From NCBI GenBank assembly GCA_964035575.1, contig OZ037840.1, forward strand, positions 620,001-684,000: a stretch of 64,000 nucleotides of DNA, read 5' to 3'. The notes below the pieces were generated by a model. It saw only the letters and a program-made list of their open reading frames with translations, searched no databases and was not told where the DNA came from. The position numbers and the translations under genes were made by a program. Position 1 is the first letter of the stretch; every line of letters begins with the position of its first letter. Below, in pieces: positions 1-11,006 of the stretch. This DNA comes from Rhynchopus sp. YZ270_cl-10 (Eukaryota).

Positions 1-197
1 AACCGCTGGAGATAGACGATGTCTCCAGCCCTATTTATTTTTAGGGGAAACGACAATGTGGACTCTAAAAATGTGGATTACGACAATGTGGATTAATAAT
101 CCACATTGTCGCATAATCCACATTGTCGTAATCCACATTGTCGCAAAAAATAATCCACATTGTCGCATAATCCGGATTCTTGATTTTTTGCCTTCTT

Positions 198-378
198 GGT
201 ACCCAGGTACCCAGGTACCCAGGTACCCAGGTACCCAGGTACCCAGGTACCCAGGTACCCAGGTACCCAGGTACCCAGGTACCCAGGTACCCAGGTACCC
301 AGGTACCCAGGTACCCAGGTACCCAGGTACCCAGGTACCCAGGACCCAGGTACCAGGTCCAGGTCCAGGTACCCAGGA
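198..378 (+). repeat. 8-bp tandem repeat (GGTACCCA)n
   Basis: 18 perfect units at 198..341, degenerate to ~378. Short copies also at ~748..768 and ~1824..1833. Confidence 0.95.
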
Positions 379-1837
379 ACAGGAAAAAAGTCGTGAAAGA
401 GCAACCACAGCTCCACATGACAAACACAAAAGTGTCCAGTCACGTGGGGCATTCATGCACTGAGGAGATAATGATCCAACAATTTACAAGAAAGATTACT
501 TAACCTACTGCTGGAAATTGCCAGGTCGTAGTAACACACAAAGTGTGCCTCCGTTCGGGAAGACCGGATATTCTAGAGACCAGAAAGGCCTCAAGAATAT
601 CTTCCGGTAGTCAAGGTAGAACCGAGTGAACGGCCCAAGACCCCCGTGGAGAAGTTAAATGTTGTAATGCTATCAGGTAGAAACTGCGAACACTGTCTTA
701 CCCTCCTCAATGCATGGTGGTTGATGTCTTCCACAACAAATTTCCTGTACCCAGGTACCCAGGTTCCCAGACCCACGCAGTACCACGTCGCAGTACTACG
801 CAAAATTTACCACCAGACCCTGTCTTCGTGCACCTGAAGTACAACGCCGCAGACAGGCCAAACATGCGTTGGACTCAGAGGAATGCCCGCTGTGCAGGTA
901 TCATGAGAACCAACTCCCAGCAACAAGGAGCGCCTTTTGGCGGGCGTTGTTGAGGGTGTTTGGGGTGCAAAGTTTTCCACAATTTTGATGCGCGGGTACA
1001 GAAGTGTTATCTTGTTCTTTCATCTCTAAGAAATGTAAATGTCAATCGCGTTTAACTACCACTAGGGCTTGTTCAGTGAACCCACGAGGGGTCGAAGGGG
1101 GTTGGTTATCCCGTATCTATCAAAGGTTGTGTCGACCAGGCTAAACCACTATGTTACGCTGTACGTTGTTAAATCCGAAGAAATAACACTTTAGCAGCCG
1201 CAGGAAGTTTGCTAAAAAGAGTGCCTCACGCTACACAAACCACCACCCGCGATTGACTTAGATGTTATAACAAAGAGAATTCAGAACAAAACAACACCCT
1301 GCCCCATACACACTAAATTGTCATGCTTCAAGAGCATGCCTGGGCCAAAATTACTATGACGAAAAGGCAACAAGACCACCCACAAGGAGTGTGAATTGTG
1401 CACTGGTTTTCTGGGGGAACAAACAATATTTTCTTGCGTCTAGTCCTCCGTAAGTAGAGGACAGACTTTCCGGAAGGTTTCCAAAGTCGAATTTCTTGCA
1501 CTAGCTATGCTCCCTGGGTTAATGGCAATAGCAGTGACTGCGACAGAGTGTTCCCACCCCCCTTTCCACCCATATGTTCGCTCGTTCTGCACTCTCGACG
1601 TTGCACTCATTGCGATACCTGTTTAAAAGTGAATTTGTGAGTGGTGGGGAAATTAAAGAAGGTGACTTCTTAAAAAAATAAGTTGGCGGGGTGTAAAATA
1701 TTGTTCTGGAGACTCTTGGAGGAAATACGAGTCGACGGCCTTATTTTGTTGAATATTCACCAGAAAGTTAAACATATTTACATACCTTGTCTTGCGCCTT
1801 CGCTGCTGTCAAGGTGCCTTCTCTGGGTACCCAGTAG

Positions 1838-2174
1838 GAGGCTCAAAACTGCTCAATTCTGGCTGGAATTGCAAAATTGGGCACTTTTAGGATGTGACCA
1901 AAAAAATTTTCGAGAGTCTAGTTATTACAGAGGCTCACCTTAGAAGGCAAAAATAGTCAATAATCCGGATTACCGACAATAATCCGGATTATGTGACAAG
2001 GTGGATTACTGGTGTTTTGGTGGAAAAAACCCGCAAAAACGCGTTTTAGACCCCCAGAGAGGCTCAAAACTGCTCAATTCTGGCTTTAATTGCAAAATTG
2101 GGCACTTTTAGGATGCGACCAAAAAAATTTTCGAGAGTCTAGTTATTACAGAGGCTCACCTTAGAAGGCAAAAA
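1838..2174 (+). repeat. ~116-bp subterminal direct repeat inside the TIR element
   Basis: 1838..1953 matches 2059..2174. The first copy is followed by a decayed TIR-like stretch (1954..2010). Confidence 0.9.
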
Positions 2175-3208
2175 ATCAAGAATCCGGATTATGCGACAAT
2201 GTGGATTATTTTTTGCGACAATGTGGATTACGACAATGTGGATTATGCGACAATGTGGATTATTAATCCACATTGTCGTAATCCACATTTTTAGAGTCCA
2301 CATTGTCGTTTCCCCTTATTTTTATTGATGTAAATTTGATTTTTCATCATTTTATGAAAGTATCAGAAGAGTGTTACACAGAGACTTCTGAATTCACATG
2401 ACAGGTGATCATTTTTTGTTGGCCGCAGGGTATTTGTGCTTTCCTCCAGATGGCTGGCATTGTACGTGGCCAGTCGGAGGTGCTAACTTTGCTAACTCTG
2501 TCATATAAATTCACACGAAGTGCAAAAAAATCGTGAACACGTCGGTTCCTTTGTTCTTGCCGTTTCTTGGTTTTTATTATTGTTTTGTTTCCGCCCCCCT
2601 TTTCAATTGTTTTATTTTGTTTAGAGTCAGGACAGCTTATTCCATGCGGGAGAGCTGACACATCTAGGGGTGAGTTGTGCGGCCTGTTAATGACTTCTCG
2701 TCTGCATTGCACTTCGCGGTAGCCCCAAGGGAGGATACCCTTCAGAAGCCAGGTAGAGAATACTGCCCCCCCGTGGCTTTCTTTTACGAATTATAAATTA
2801 ATACATCCCACCCCAGACCCCCTCTTGCCTTGCCTTTTGCTTGTTCCACATGGCAACAGCAGCAAACAGAGCAGAGGCAGTGGGGCACACATATGAAGCG
2901 TTTCTTATGAAGGAAGCTACACACACCCTACATCGTGCGTGCGTTCTTTGTTTTGTTTTAGTGGATTGATACTGTTGCGCATGAGCTTGAGGGCCTGCTG
3001 GTGTGCTGAACAGAGAAAAAGGAAAGAGAAAAAGGAAACCGAGTTGAGGAAAATGCTCATTGTCGTTATGGGCAGACGAATCAGAATCAAAACGTCTTGT
3101 TTTTTAATTTGTTTTTTTTTCTTTTCCATATATTTTTGTGCGGGGTCTTGGATGCCTTTTTGGCCAACAAGATTTCCTGCAGAAGGGTTCGTCCCTTATT
3201 CTTGTGTG

Positions 3209-3254
3209 TGTTTGATAACTAATCGGGGTAATTCTTGCCCAGAATATGGCCCCA
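3209..3254 (-). mobile_element. 46-bp retroposon-like insertion with 6-bp TSD (TGTGTG)
   Basis: Absent at the paralogous site (~23893). TGTGTG at 3203..3208 and 3255..3260. Same motif at 15411..15460, 62023..62065 and 62152..62204. Confidence 0.75.
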
Positions 3255-3697
3255 TGTGTGCGTGTGTGTGTTTTTCTACATCATTTTCTTTCGCGTCCAT
3301 GGGTGTCCGATGAGACGGTGTCATTTTCAACTTCTCTTCATTGTGGAAGTGTGAGCTGAAGGCTGAGGGAGCGCAACTATGGCAAGTGTGGCAAAGGTGT
3401 CAGGAAGCACATCTGCGTTGTAAGAGACATGATGTGTGCTTGGCGTCCTTGCTTCACAGTGCCATACTCTCTGTCTGGCCCTCAACCTTACTGGTATTCA
3501 GATGACGATCCTCAGCAGGGTGGCGAGGACCGTCATCCTTGCCAAATTATTATTATTATTATTGTCGCATTTCTGTTCGTTTGTGACTTGAAATGGTACT
3601 TACCGACGACAGTTCTTGTCTATAACCTATAAAACTATATATTTTTGTATTGCTTTCTGTTTCCCCCATTTTTTTTCCTTTTTGTTTCTATACATAT

Positions 3698-4534
3698 GGA
3701 CTCGTCCGGAAACCCCTCTGGTAAGATTCATCCTTTTGGGTATTTTTGGGTTTTTTTGATGATGTCCCCCACAAAAAGTGCATCTAGGTGATATTCTGAT
3801 ATGAAAATAGGTTTTTGGGGGGGTCTGAGGCTGTATTTTCGCTTTTTTAATCAGATTTTCAGCCTTTTATTGTCGTTCTTCTGGATCTCTTCTCTCTTTC
3901 TCTTAATCCTGCCATGCCGCCTTGACAAGGTTTCATTGACCTCTGTCAAATCTACTGGGTCAATGCCAGGGACTTTTGCTTTGCGGGTCACCTTGGATGT
4001 GGAGACTCCATAGTAAATAAAGGTTCCCTCCGTGTCAGAGTACACGCTGAAATGACACGACCGTTGCTCGGGTAGCAGTACACAGAAGAAAAGAGATTGA
4101 TGGAAAGAAGGGTGCACTGATACGTATGAGTACGAGGGAATGAGATAACAAAGGCCTCTGTGTGGGGAAGCTCGCGCAGGGCACCGACAATGACCCCTAC
4201 GGTAAGGATCTCCTGACAACAAGAATCATCAGAGAGATGGTTCGAAACGACACCAAGTGTGCGTCGCACCCATTCTTACCGTGTTTCTCGACAAAAAAGT
4301 GAACTTCACTGCTGTCATTGCCACGTTTATGAAATGTCCAAAAATACGTAAAAAAATATAAGTAAAAAGGGGGGGAGGGGAAATAAACAAAAATAAATGC
4401 CCAAAATATGCCCTCTGGGGTGGTAGGTGTATGGCGGGTATCAAAAAATTGGGTTGTTTGGGTGTTTTGAGCAGAAAAACCTCAAAAAACCCCCAAAAGG
4501 ATGAATCTTACCAGGAGGGTTTCCGGACGGACCC
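3698..4534. mobile_element. 837-bp non-autonomous TIR element (copy 1)
   Basis: ~43-bp imperfect TIRs (GGACTCGTCCGGAAACCC...CCTTTTGGG and its reverse complement ending GGACGGACCC). ATAT on both sides. Confidence 0.85.
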
Positions 4535-5823
4535 ATATTATAATGTTTTGGTGCACGTGACTCTGACACATTCATCACAAACATCCCCCTCCTCTGATTT
4601 GAACCACAACTTCAAACAACAAGACATGGCATGTCCTATCCGATGTTGCTGTAGTGTTCCTTTTCTGTTGTCCCACCAATGCAATGTGCCGTACTTCCGA
4701 GAAATATTTTTTTCTATTTTTCTGCCCGGTTTTCTTTCTGTCTTGCTGGGTTTTTTTTGTCACCCAAAACCATTTTTTTCTTTTTTGTTTGAAAGTAAAA
4801 AAATACCGGACTTTTAATTCTCGAGTTCAAGGCTATTTTTTGGTTTGGACGCTTTCGGAAAAAGGAACACACGCGACTTGCACAATATGGCACAGTCCGT
4901 AAATAAGAAGATTAATGGGCATGCCATGTTCTTTGTTGTTAAGAGCAAACACACCACCAAAGACAGCAGGTCCTGATACCACCGACGTCTGTCTCTTGTG
5001 GTGTCTGTTCACCCACCCTCTTTCCCTGCACACCCTTCTTGCTCGACAATGGCATGTTGGGTGGCAAAAAAACGTACCCCCTTTTTCCGGTGCCACAGAG
5101 CACCGCAAAAAGGGAAACAGTATGTCGCTGTGATTTTCAACCCCCGCCCCTTGTTTTCGTCCTTCCCTCATTGCCCCCTTCCCAAGTTATTGTGCAGCCA
5201 TGTGTGCATGCGGGCCACAGCTCGTGCAACACACTGGCTGCATCTGTTTTGATACTTCACACCCCCCTTCCTCTGTAGGTTTGGTAAAGGGGCAGTGTTG
5301 CTTGCTGGGTGCGTGTGGAAAGGCACGGTGGTGTTCGGCTGTGCTGCTCAGAGTGTGTTACGCTTTTGAGCGGTGCACCGTTGCACTGCTGGGGTGCTCC
5401 TCCCAACCCAATGGCACCCACCCGTACACCTGGCCTCAGAGGATACAAACTTGCCTTGTCGCAAGAATTTAAAAGAGGAAAGAAAACGTTTTGTTTGACA
5501 TCTTGTACGACTTTGCTTCTGTGATGGTATCACTACCGCCTTCCATACCCTTCGACCCTTGGGCGCAGGACTACTCGCGTGCTCATGTTCACCACTGTGT
5601 TCGCCTAAATCCTCTCGTCTTTTCGCCCCTCTGTGGGGAGCAGGCTGGCTCGAACCCACCGGCTAAACGCCCGTGTCCGCTTTTATGCAATTTCACCCTG
5701 GCAGGGTGTGTGAATGTTGGGTAATGCTGGCCCCCCTATGCTATGATGGGTGCTCGCACCTCGGAGCATAAAACAGCTGGCCAGCGGCTAGACCCCCCTC
5801 CCCACACAGATGAACCCTGCACG

Positions 5824-8800
5824 ATGGAGGTGTACCTACGCTATGCGCTGACGTCAGAGGAGGTGGGTGTTGAGGTGGGTGAGTTTGAGACGATCGGGCA
5901 GTTGCGTGAGAACGCTGCGGAGGAGTTTGACTGCGACGTGGAGCATGTGGAGCTGCAGATGGACGGGGTCAGCATTGGCGACGATGAGGAGCTTGTGTCT
6001 GCTGCAACCTCCTTGACGCATGCGTCCGTTGTCGACGTTGTGGTGTCCACGGATGTCTTCGTGGAACACATCCGCAACGGAACACGACGCTACACAGACC
6101 TCCCAGACAGCGTGCAAAGAGACATCCCCTGTGCCCTCGCTGCCCTGCAGTCCAACCTCAACAGAACAGGGTTCCGAGACCTGCCCCCCGAAGTGCAAAC
6201 CCACCCAACCATTGTTGAGCGCCTCGCATCCTCACCAAAGATCTTCGAAACTGCGCACCCATCCGCATGGCACGACGAAGACTTCCGTTCAGCAGTGCTC
6301 ACCGCAACGAATGGCATCTGTCTATCGTGGGATTGCTGTGAGGACCTCAGGTCGGATCGTGATACGGTGTTTGCGTGTGTGCAGCGCAACGGGGACATGC
6401 TTAAGTACGCTAGTAGCGAGCTGAAGAAATGCCCGGTGATCGTGCTGGCCAGTGTGCAGCGCTGCCCTTCTGCCATCCAGTATGCTGCAGAGGAGGTGCG
6501 TGCGGACCACGAGGTCTTCACTGCCGCAGTGGTAGGTGGTGCCTGGGAGCCCACATGGCTGCCAGAAGCACTTCGTGCAGACCGTGGGCTTGCCATGCGG
6601 TGTGTGCGCAGGTGTTCCAGCGCTCTTCGTGCCTTCTCCGACGAAGTAAAAGGTGACCAATTCGTGGTGGCCGCAGCAGGATCGCTGGTGTTTGCGTCTG
6701 AAGACCTGAAGAAGGACAAAGAGTTTGTTATCTGGTGTGTGGGGAAACACTATGCAGACCTTGAGCACGTGAATGAGTCCTTGCAGTCGGACAGAGACGT
6801 CGTGATGGCGGCGATAGCGCACAACAAGGGTGCCTTCTGCTTCGCCTGCAACAGTATCCGCGACGATCCTGAGCTAGCTCTGCAGTGCAGTACTGCATGC
6901 CCGGACGTAGCACAGCATTATGGCGAGACGCTGTGCCAGGACAAAGGGTTCATTCTGTCTGCCATACGTGAAAATGCAGAAGTCTTTCGTTACTTAAAGG
7001 ATCAGTGGCACGATGATGAGGATGCGGCGAAGTTGGCTGTCGAGGGGTCGGTTGACAACTTCTGTCAATGCAGCGATACGTTGCGGGACAACCACGCGTT
7101 TGTGCTGTTCGCAGTGCAGAAAGGTGCAAACCTGCACGATGCTTCTGCCGCACTGCGCAGCGACACAGAGCTGTGCCGTGCAGCAGCAGCTTTAGCAGCA
7201 GCAGCAGCAGAAGCAGCACATCACAGCGACCTTAGGTCTGCACCACCGGCACTGCGAGACGACTTCGAGTTTGTGAAGAAGGCGGTGTCGACGAAGGGCA
7301 CTGACCTGCACTACGCATCACCCGCACTGCAGGATACTTATGACATTGTGTTGGCCGCTGTGCAGCACTCATGCGAAGGGTTTTTGTTCGCGAGCCCACG
7401 TTTGCGGAAATGCGAGACGCTTGCGAGAGAGGCGTTGGGGCATAGACGGTGGCGTGACAGGGATGGTTGCTATTCGTACGCGAGTGGTTTCCGGTTCCTG
7501 GGGACGTATCTGCTTGACGACAAGGCGTTTATTCTTTCTATTTCGACGCCAGGTGTGATCTCATACGTCTCCAAGAGGCTGCAGGCGGACCGCGACGTTG
7601 TTCTGAGCTGTGTGCACCAAGACGGGTCGTACCTTGAGTGTGCCTCTTCCGACCTGCGCGATGACAGGGGCGTGGTCGAGGCTGCTGTCACGTCTGGGGA
7701 TGCACTTAAGTTCGCCTCCCCTCGTCTGCAGCGTGACCACAGCCTTGTCCTCCTTGCGGTCACCCACTGCGGCCGTTCCCTGCAGTATGCCTGCAGCGAT
7801 CTGCAAAACAACATCGACATTGTGCGTGCTGCCGTGGCACAGAAGTGGGAGTCTCTCAAGTACGCAAACAGAACACTTCTCCGCACGACGGACATTGTGC
7901 ACAGTGTTCTGCCTGAACACCCGCGGGCACTTCAGTATGCAAGCGCCGAGGTGCGGAATGATGTGTCTATTGTGGCACCTCTTGCCAAGAAGGATGTTCG
8001 ATGTCTGGCATACGCTGGGCCTGCAGTGCTGTCCGACCGTGCGTTCATCTTGTCTGCAGTGCAGCAGAACCCAGACGCTCTGCAGCACGCATCGCAGGAG
8101 TTGCGTGACGACCCCGACATTGCCGCAGCCCTCATCGAGCACCCTGCGGGAGACCAGGTACCGCCCCTCAGCCTGGAGCTCCTTGGGAACAAGGACTTCA
8201 TGATGAAGGCGATCACGAAGCATCCAAGCTGGTTCCTCAACGCAAGTGTGCGTCTACAGAACGACCCTGTCTTTGTCCTCCTGGTTGTGAGGAAAGAAGA
8301 GCCGGTCGCACACATCATACGGCACGCAGGGGCTGGGGTCAGAGCAGACTACAACACGATGCTCGAGGTTGTGACGAAGTGCAGTGGATCCCTGGAGCAT
8401 GCAAGTAGGGCATTGAGGAACAACCTTGACATCGTGACGGCAGCAGTTCTCAAGGATCCACACAACTTTGAGCATGCCAGTGCAGCACTGCGCAACTGCA
8501 AGCGTGTCGCGATGCTGGCAATGCGTGGGTGTGCTGAGAACCTGAGGCACGCAAGTGAGACGCTGCAGAACGACCCAGAGGTTGTGCTGTGCTGCATTAC
8601 TCAGGACGAGGACACCATACAGTATGCAGGGCCGGTCAAAGACAGGTACCGCTTTGCCGTGAAGGCTGTGCGCAAGCGGTGGTCTGTGTTCGAGCATCTT
8701 TCATCAACTCTGCAGACGAACCCGAACTTCATTCTCGCATGCATCAATGACGAAAACGAACACAGATGGGACCATTTCCTGTGTCACTGTGTTACTATTC

Positions 8801-9603
8801 CCTCTGCCTGGGCACACACGGCTTTGATGATGAGATTGCTTCCTGTCTTGGGTGGGGAGACGGTCATGACGCAGGCTGACGAAAAGGTGAGGCGGAAGTT
8901 TAAGGTAGCGCTTGCCTGTGTGGACAACAACACGAGCATCCTGGAGCTGGTACCGCTGCAGCTGCGTGAAAACAAAGACTTCATCATGGCATGCCTGGAC
9001 CTAGAGAGGGCCGATTGTATTAACTTCTTTCTCATTGGCGACAGATTGTGGTGCGATGCCGACGTCGTCACGAAGGCCATTGCCACAGCCCCCACCGCAC
9101 TGCGCAGAAGCATCGTGGATCTGGTACCGCCGCAGATGCGTGAGAACAAAGACTTCATCATGTCATGCCTGGACCTAGAGGGGGCCGATTGTATTAACTT
9201 CTTTCTCATTGGCGACAGATTGTGGTGCGATGCCGACGTCGTCATGAAGGCTATTGCCACGGCCCCCGCCACTCTGCGCAACAACATCGTGGAGATACAC
9301 AAACGCAAGACCCTCTTTGCGAACCGTGCCTTTATGTTGGAGTGTGTGCGCCGCGATGGGAGCAACCTGCAGTATGCATCAGAGGCCCTGCAGGACGACG
9401 TCCACGTTGTCCTCGAGGCGCTAAGAAGCAAGGTCTCAGCTGCCGCCTTCGCACGTCCGTCCGTCCTGCGCCACCCACGTGTACGTGTGCTTCTCTGGGG
9501 GCACAAAGCAGTCCTTGCAGGCTGGCTCCCCTTCGTCCTCTGCAACAGGTTCACAAAGCCTCTCACACAGGTGGAGGACCTCTACGGCCCGCTGGGAATG
9601 TGA
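5824..9603 (+). CDS. Ubiquitin-like domain + DUF4116-like repeat protein (~1259 aa)
   Basis: The N-terminus MEVYLRYALTSEEVGVEV...ETIGQLRE aligns by eye to ubiquitin. Many D-x-x-[FV]V-x-x-A-V...AL-x-YAS-x-x-L repeats. Internal 180-bp duplication at ~8935..9294. ATG chosen downstream of the CCCACACAG acceptor (5809); the ORF track starts at 5743. Confidence 0.88.
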   Translation: MEVYLRYALTSEEVGVEVGEFETIGQLRENAAEEFDCDVEHVELQMDGVSIGDDEELVSAATSLTHASVVDVVVSTDVFVEHIRNGTRRYTDLPDSVQRDIPCALAALQSNLNRTGFRDLPPEVQTHPTIVERLASSPKIFETAHPSAWHDEDFRSAVLTATNGICLSWDCCEDLRSDRDTVFACVQRNGDMLKYASSELKKCPVIVLASVQRCPSAIQYAAEEVRADHEVFTAAVVGGAWEPTWLPEALRADRGLAMRCVRRCSSALRAFSDEVKGDQFVVAAAGSLVFASEDLKKDKEFVIWCVGKHYADLEHVNESLQSDRDVVMAAIAHNKGAFCFACNSIRDDPELALQCSTACPDVAQHYGETLCQDKGFILSAIRENAEVFRYLKDQWHDDEDAAKLAVEGSVDNFCQCSDTLRDNHAFVLFAVQKGANLHDASAALRSDTELCRAAAALAAAAAEAAHHSDLRSAPPALRDDFEFVKKAVSTKGTDLHYASPALQDTYDIVLAAVQHSCEGFLFASPRLRKCETLAREALGHRRWRDRDGCYSYASGFRFLGTYLLDDKAFILSISTPGVISYVSKRLQADRDVVLSCVHQDGSYLECASSDLRDDRGVVEAAVTSGDALKFASPRLQRDHSLVLLAVTHCGRSLQYACSDLQNNIDIVRAAVAQKWESLKYANRTLLRTTDIVHSVLPEHPRALQYASAEVRNDVSIVAPLAKKDVRCLAYAGPAVLSDRAFILSAVQQNPDALQHASQELRDDPDIAAALIEHPAGDQVPPLSLELLGNKDFMMKAITKHPSWFLNASVRLQNDPVFVLLVVRKEEPVAHIIRHAGAGVRADYNTMLEVVTKCSGSLEHASRALRNNLDIVTAAVLKDPHNFEHASAALRNCKRVAMLAMRGCAENLRHASETLQNDPEVVLCCITQDEDTIQYAGPVKDRYRFAVKAVRKRWSVFEHLSSTLQTNPNFILACINDENEHRWDHFLCHCVTIPSAWAHTALMMRLLPVLGGETVMTQADEKVRRKFKVALACVDNNTSILELVPLQLRENKDFIMACLDLERADCINFFLIGDRLWCDADVVTKAIATAPTALRRSIVDLVPPQMRENKDFIMSCLDLEGADCINFFLIGDRLWCDADVVMKAIATAPATLRNNIVEIHKRKTLFANRAFMLECVRRDGSNLQYASEALQDDVHVVLEALRSKVSAAAFARPSVLRHPRVRVLLWGHKAVLAGWLPFVLCNRFTKPLTQVEDLYGPLGM

Positions 9604-10655
9604 TGTTTATTTCCGCAACCCCCCTATCACACAGCCTCAAATTTGTCTTGCATGACCAATAGTGTTTTCCCCCCGCCGAGAGAACCTGGTGACGCGACAC
9701 CTCTTTGGTTTGCGCTGTTTTTTTTAACCAAAAGAAAACCGACGCAGGAGCTTTTCTTGGAACTGTTATATTCTCCCTACCCCCAACAACATCACATTTC
9801 AGAAAAACATTGTTTTTTCGTTTTTGTTCACTTTCTTTTCTTCTCCCTCACACCTGTTTGCTGTGAATTAAATTTTTTCGTTTGTCCTGGTCGCAAACGC
9901 GAGTTTTCCTGGAAGCGCAGGAAAAATGACTGGGGAGTGTTGGTGGCTCCGTGACGCCACAGAGCCGGCACACTCGTTGAGTGCCTCACAAAACCTCAAA
10001 TTTATTCCGCTTTGATTTTATTTATTGTCTTCACGCTATATTGTTGTTGTTGGGTTGGGAAATAAAATTCTGCAAACCATCTTTCACTGTACACAGAGGG
10101 GTAGCGGAGCAGAGATACACCTATACGCTAACCCTTTTCTGAGCTCCCCCCTGTTTGTGTTGTTGTTGTTGTTGTTGTTTTTGTTGATTTTTTTTTGTTC
10201 ACCAATTCACTAATGGAAATGGCTAAACAAACTTGCTCTTCCCAATGTGATGAGGTACTTAAGCTTTTGTTTTATGACACAACCACCCGGTGCCAATTGC
10301 ATCTGTTCGTCAGTGTGCTTGCAGTCGGTGGCTGTCTGTTTTCTGGAGTGTGAAAGATTATTTGTAGTCAAAAAAAACCAGAACCGGGTGAGACTGGAAT
10401 ATTCAAAAACCCCAAATTCTTCCTAACCCCCTTTTAGGTCCTGGGCTGTACCTTAAATTGCATCCGGGGGTCCGTTCCTCCAGAAACTCTATGAAGGTGT
10501 TGACCGCTCGAACCGATGTCTTGACGAGAGATTACAAAACAGGAGGCGAGGAGGGATGCGGGGGCGTCTTTGTGCCTTCAGGACGTAAGCTGTGCGGAAA
10601 ACGGCGAGCAGTCTACAAGGTGTCGAGCGAGCACAGCACTCACCTAAGCATACGT

Positions 10656-10928
10656 ACCCTATTTTTTCCCTGAGCGAGAATCACCAACCCATTCCCACAG
10701 CACATCAGAAGCGCAGCCACTGCTTCTGATGTGCTGTGGGAATGGAAGACTGTGCTTTCTCTGCCTCGTCAACCTTCTTGGCATTGACGTCTATTCACGG
10801 ATCCTCCGACCACATACGTGATGGCTCACTTGTCGCGAATGTGTTTAACAGAAACTTAAGGCGCACCCGCTTCTGAGAGTCTGTGTTTACCTCCGGAGTG
10901 AGGAGAACTGTGGCATGACCCGCATTGG
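10656..10928 (-). mobile_element. Retroelement fragment, direct-repeat copy of 15586..15837
   Basis: Near-identical to 15586..15837, which continues into an RNase H motif on the - strand. Confidence 0.75.
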
Positions 10929-11006
10929 GAATCAGGGAATGTGGGAGCATTGCCTGATTCTACTTGCACCACTCCATTCCCACAACAGAAACCACACAAA
11001 ACACGA

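Larger units (their letters stand above)
44..2315. mobile_element. Non-autonomous Mutator/Foldback-type DNA transposon, 153-bp TIRs, 9-bp TSD
   Basis: 44..196 is the reverse complement of 2163..2315. The TIRs are built of CGACAATGTGGATTA sub-repeats. TTATTTTTA flanks both ends (35..43, 2316..2324), and the paralogous empty site has one copy at 23048..23056. No intact transposase ORF. Confidence 0.93.
2325..5544 (+). repeat. Segmental duplication of the CAP-gene spacer (copy 1)
   Basis: 1..43 plus 2325..5544 is collinear and highly similar to 23014..26756. The copies diverge after ...CACTACCGCCTTCC. Confidence 0.95.

Noticed and set aside
31..503. ORFs with YPGTQVPR / TWVPGYLG repeats
   Set aside because: Translation of the stop-free 8-bp tandem repeat inside a transposon.
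3851..4269. Transposase in the 837-bp element
   Set aside because: Short ORFs with no recognisable DDE or DNA-binding motif.
10246..10330. C/D-box snoRNA (GTGATGA)
   Set aside because: No CTGA D box or terminal stem at a suitable distance.
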